A model generated the notes under the pieces. That model was not told where the DNA came from. It saw only the letters and a program-made list of their open reading frames with translations, and did no database searches. Below, in pieces: positions 58,747-64,000 of a stretch of DNA of 64,000 bases (positions are counted from its first letter, which is position 1; each line of letters begins with the position of its first letter). The position numbers and the translations under genes were made by a program. Origin of the DNA: the human T2T-CHM13v2.0 reference genome, Homo sapiens; the NCBI RefSeq assembly GCF_009914755.1, contig NC_060938.1, one strand, 5' to 3'.

Positions 58747-61621
58747 AAAAAAAAAGAAAGAAAGAAAATTTAATGACAGTCTAGGCTCCCCATTAGTGAG
58801 ACATGTCCTCAGTGAAGTAAGTGCAACTTGTAACAACAATAATTCATCTTCCTAGACTCCATAAAGGAAAGAACATTGCTTTTAGCTTGGTTTTGACCTT
58901 CACCTTTAGGGACCACCACTACCATCAGCCCCTGCCATCATTATGCCAAGAAACATTTTCCTCTTACAACTGAGACCTCACAGCTTTACAGAAGCACCAA
59001 GTTAAGCTTGTTGAAAGAATGGGTACTAGTTCACATAGAGTAGCTCCGATGAGATCCTTGTGACTCTAGAGATCCTTCTGGTGGAGGTGAAGAGAAAGTT
59101 TTGCCAGTTCATACAGCTACAAGTTGAATAATTTATCTTTCAAGTATTTAAGTTTGGTTTGCCTTTTTGCGGGGAGGGGAGTAGAGTTTAAAAAAAAAAA
59201 ACAAAAGAAAATACAAACAAACAAAAACCCGCAAAACAAATACCTCTAAGCCAAAAATGAACTTCTGTGATTCTGCAAAAAGTCCTGGAGTAGGCTCAGG
59301 TATCTCCCCATGGCCTCTGCAACCATGCCCAGCTGAAACAATAGGCAAGAGAAGCTCGTATTAGTTTTGATCAAGAAGCCATGAGCTGGAGATATGATCT
59401 GGTTCAACAGCATGCACAATCACATGGCGTCCCAGTGGCACTTGTCAGACACACCCCCGGTTTCCAGTCTGCCTTTCATTAAGTGTGAAGCCCAAAGCCT
59501 CTCTGAGCATGTGCAAGGCAACAGATTTATGCTGCCCTCTGCTGGTGAGCAGCTCTACTGCAAATCTTTTACAAGGAGGACTGAGCCTGGGCTGGTTGAC
59601 TTCTTCCCTTCTCCCAGCCCCACCTCCTAGTAGACTCAAAGATAAATAACCCTGCTAGACTTAGAAGTTGAGTTCTGAGTGGGGCTGAGGTGAGAGTAGA
59701 GTGGTGGAGAATATAGATCAGGAGAAGTAGAAAGACCACAAACCAGGGATGTGTCACTATTAGAATCCAATATAGCCTAGGGGGCTCATCTGTGTATTTG
59801 CTTTGTTGGGGGAAATTTTCATTCGAACTCTCTCATGACATTTGAGTTACTTAGTACTGAATGCATTTTGTGATGTATTCAGAAAATGCATTTCACTAAT
59901 GTTTCCCTAATTCATGGGGGCTGCTGTTTTACCAGTCACCATGATCCTTAATCAGTGGAGTTGTATAGCATGTAGTCTGTAAAAGTGCTTAATAAAAATC
60001 ATTTAATTCTAAATTACATGAGTGCACTTAACCCTAAAGATATTAAAACTGATTGTTTGATGTATTGCCATGAGTAGGTAGAAATTCAAAAATAAAAGCT
60101 TCCTGCACTTAAATCAAAGAGCACCAAGCTCATAGTCACTCGGTACAAGCACATGCATCAGTGTCATGAAGCTGGGCTATGATAAACTAACCCATTTTGG
60201 GCTTTTAAACTGTAAATATGAAGTACTTGAACTTGATCAGAGATGAGATACATAAGTGAGTTTTTCTGAGCAAAGTACTGTGTGTGACCTGATAGCTTGC
60301 TAAAAGCCTGTGGAGATCACCTGCCACTTATTTGCAGACTTGGTGAGGGTGGCAGTGGGGCTAGCTGCTGATGTTTGGCAGGGTTAATGTGCACTGCTAG
60401 CCTAGACTCTAGGCTAGAGGCAGGCCTAGTGTGAGCAAATAGGAGAGAGGGGATTTTCATTGACTGAATTGTTATCCTTGGGTTCTCATTGTAGCTACAT
60501 TCACACTTGCTTAACTTGCTCAGTACAGCCCTCAACACGATGCCATGTCCATGAGGAAACTTAAATCAGTCTTGATTATGGATCACAATAAATTTTGGAG
60601 GGATATGTCTGTTAAATTTGAGGAAATCTCAATAATTTCCATGGTTTAATGAGTGTGGTAAGAAAGATTATAAAATGCATACAATCTCTCATTCTCTCTC
60701 TCTCTTTCTCTTTCTGTTCTAGATATTAAGTATGCTTACACTGAAGCATTGAAGTTTTTTTCACAGTTAAGAGACTAGCTTTCTGGGTTTTTTAAATAAA
60801 AGCCTTCTTCTAAGTGGTTAACCATAGATGAAAAGAAAAGGAGTATCTTCTTTTCTCCTTCCCTCCATGTTAGCAATGCTTTATGTTTGACTTTCAAGGC
60901 TTCTGTGAATCCTTGAAAGAAAGGCGGAGATTTCTAGAAATATCAGGGACAATATATGGATCCCATACATCCCATTGAGAACCAAGCACAGAGTTGGCTA
61001 ATAAAGTAGCCATTGTGAGTTATCTATGCAGTACCTGTTGAGTGCACTATAATATGGCAGGTAGTAATGGAAGGCATCAATAAAGAAATAGAAAATAAGA
61101 TACTATATTTTTGGAGAATGCACTCTAACAGGTCTAATTCTGCTAGAAAACAAACACTCTGTTAAATTATCCTATAAGTACATTACTTTTATTACTCAAC
61201 TGACTATCTAAGGCAGTTTCTTTGGAAACAGACCGAATTGAAGATTGTGGGCAGGAGGTTTGTTGGGAGAGTATAGGAAGTGAGAGAAGCAAGACTGGGC
61301 GGAGAAAGAAGTTGAGCTACATTGCAGTTGCAATAGAGGTCTCATCCGGTCTGTTGGGGAGCTCTGGGGCCAGGATGGTCTTTCAGAGTGGTCTCAAGTT
61401 GAGGCAGATGAGCCTGGATTTTGTACTTCCCTGCCTTGACTGGTCATTGGATGCAGGCTTCCCCATGGAGGGAGCATAGTCTTGAGTGAGACAGTTCCCT
61501 TTGGCCCAGGGAAATTTCCAGAGAGAGAGAGTCAGCCTTGAGGCTTCAGCAAGCAACACTCCGAGCAGTTGCAGGAAATGAGGGCTGTGGTTCTGAAAGG
61601 TTTCTAGGTGGTGCATGATAG

Positions 61622-62150
61622 CAGCAATCCCCAACCTTTTGGCATCAGGGTCCAGTTTCATGGAAGACAATTTTTCCACAAACCAGGGAGTAGGGAGGAT
61701 GGTTTGGGGATGATTCAAGTGTATTACATTTATTGTGCACTTTATTTCTATTATTATTACATTGTAATATATAATGAAATAATTATACAACTCACCATAA
61801 TGTAGTATCAGTGGGAACCCTGGGCTTGTTTTCTTGCAACTACATGGTCCCATCTCGAGGTGATGGGAGACAGTGACAGGTCATCAGGCATTAGATTCTC
61901 ATAAAGAACACACAACCTAGATCCATCTCATGCAAAATTCACAATAGGGTTCACACCTCTATGGGAATCTAATGCCTCTGCTGATCTGACAGGAGACGGA
62001 GCTCAGGCGGTAATGTGAGCAATGGGGAGTCGCTATAAATACAGATGAAGCTTCACTTGCTTACCTGCTGCTCACCTCCTGCTGTGCGACCCGGTTCCTA
62101 ACAGGCCACTGAATGGTACCAGTCCATGGCCTGGGGACTGGGGACCCTTG
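61622..62150 (-). mobile_element. MER1A (hAT-Charlie)
   Basis: MER1A consensus with degenerate 8-bp TSD CATGATAG / CACTATAG. Confidence 0.88.
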
Positions 62151-62759
62151 CACTATAGCATCCACAGTAGTCCAACCTGTGTGCTTCTTGGATTCACTTG
62201 CTTCTTACAGTAAGTTTACTTTATGTGGAAACAGTCTCTCCAGGTTTCTGGTTGGTGTTGCTTCTTGGGTATACTTACAGAAGGAAAATAGGAAAAAAAA
62301 TGGCAGTTCCTGCTGCAGCAGCTGGTCTCAAGGATCATATCTGATACTCATTGTCTTCCTCCTCTATTACCCATTCTAGATTCCTTTCACCCTTGGCTAG
62401 CACCTCTGCTGGTCTAGGGAACTTAGTTGGTGGAATAATCTAAACTCTCAACCCTGTGGGGTATGAGCCCCTGGTCACCATGCACTTCTCAGGCCATCGC
62501 TGCTGCATGTGTCCTTGTCCTTTTGCTGTCAAAACTGGGCAGGGGAATTCAAAAATACACCACTGCCCCTGCATCCTTTATGCCATTCTCTCCAGGATAT
62601 GATCATGCTGTTGATTAATTGGCAGGTATGGAAACAGATTCAAAGGCTTCCACTTGGCCTTCCCACCTATAATAGCTCTTACTCCACAGAAGAATGAACC
62701 AAAGTGAGAGTTCTAACTACCAAATACGTTCATTGCAAATGAGCATTCAAAGACTTGCA

Positions 62760-63078
<319 letters not shown>

Positions 63079-64000
63079 GACTGGCAAAATGACCACTAGC
63101 TAGGTCAGTCTCAGTGGTCCCAGAGTGAGCTAGTCAGGACCCCATTTCTTATCTAGTCCCAACACATTCCCCAGTAACAAAAGGGTTATTCAGGTATTTC
63201 AGATCTCAGTTATCAGTGTCAACACAAACCCCATGCCTAACTGTCATCAGAATGTCTGGGTATTCCGCATATCTGCTCTGCAACTACCTTAGTATTGATA
63301 TATGGTCTTAAGTCCCATTGGGGAAGAACTAGGGGAGTCGTTACTGTATGTACCAGCTGCAATGCTGCAGGGTCATTGCCCCTCATTTAACAAATGGACT
63401 TCAAAGTCTGAGAACTGGCTCATGTCTAGAAACTAGACAGGGGATCGTGGTTTTTTTTTTATTGGGGTGGTTACCCTGAGCTTCTTGGTCATTCATCCTT
63501 GATTTCTTCTGAGGGTATAAGTTAAGTAATATATTAGTCAGCTGCTCATCTATTGGGCCTCTGAGAGCACCATGTTCTGTTAACTGTCTCCTTAATTCTC
63601 TGACCACCCTGGTTGCCACTCTAACATAACTGTTCATTATAAGAACTGTGTTCACCTTGCTTTTGACAGCTAAGTGCTACCACCTAGCCTCTGCACTTTC
63701 AGGATATTATCAGCCCCATTCTACCATTGCCAGTTTTGTAATAAATTTCCTACCATGAGCCATGGCCTACAGAAGATGGCCATAATCTCTGAGAGTCTCA
63801 GCAATGCTAGCCTTCCATCTCACCAGCACATTCCTTATCACTTTGGCAAACAGAGCGCCCTCCAGGCCATCCCATAACACATTGTCTATTGGTGCTTATT
63901 TCTGGCCCTTTGGAGTATGGCTGCTGTGACATGTCCCTTTCTCTGTGCTTTTTGAACCTATCCTCCACCAACTGTCATGGACTTCTCACTTAATGTGGGC

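Overview
Primate (human-like) genomic DNA from the MBIP / DPPA3P2 region, which I recall as 14q13.3, on the centromeric side of SFTA3/NKX2-1. Positions 1-6100 hold the 5' end of MBIP on the minus strand: coding exons 1-3 with canonical GT-AG, phase-0 junctions, and a CpG-island promoter. The remaining ~58 kb is intergenic and rich in interspersed repeats (Alu, L1, L2/MIR, MaLR, ERVL, an LTR12 solo LTR, hAT and Tigger DNA elements). It also contains a full-length processed DPPA3/STELLA retrocopy with an intact ORF and an 18-bp target-site duplication (TSD). I see no evidence for a new multi-gene system, and nearly all ORF-track entries are repeat-derived or spurious. The most interesting structures are retrotransposition footprints: (1) a 5'-inverted L1PA4-like insertion carrying a ~470-bp 3' transduction with an Alu head from its source locus, nested in an older inverted L1 that is itself nested in an L1M; (2) a TSD-flanked ~620-bp insertion of unique sequence plus an MSTA LTR that ends in a poly(A) tail at its polyadenylation site (candidate orphan transduction or retrocopy); (3) the intact STELLA retrocopy, with a same-strand LTR12 promoter ~29 kb upstream; (4) an ancient ~150-bp palindromic element in MBIP intron 2. 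Repeat subfamily names come from recall of consensus sequences. Boundaries without a stated TSD are approximate.
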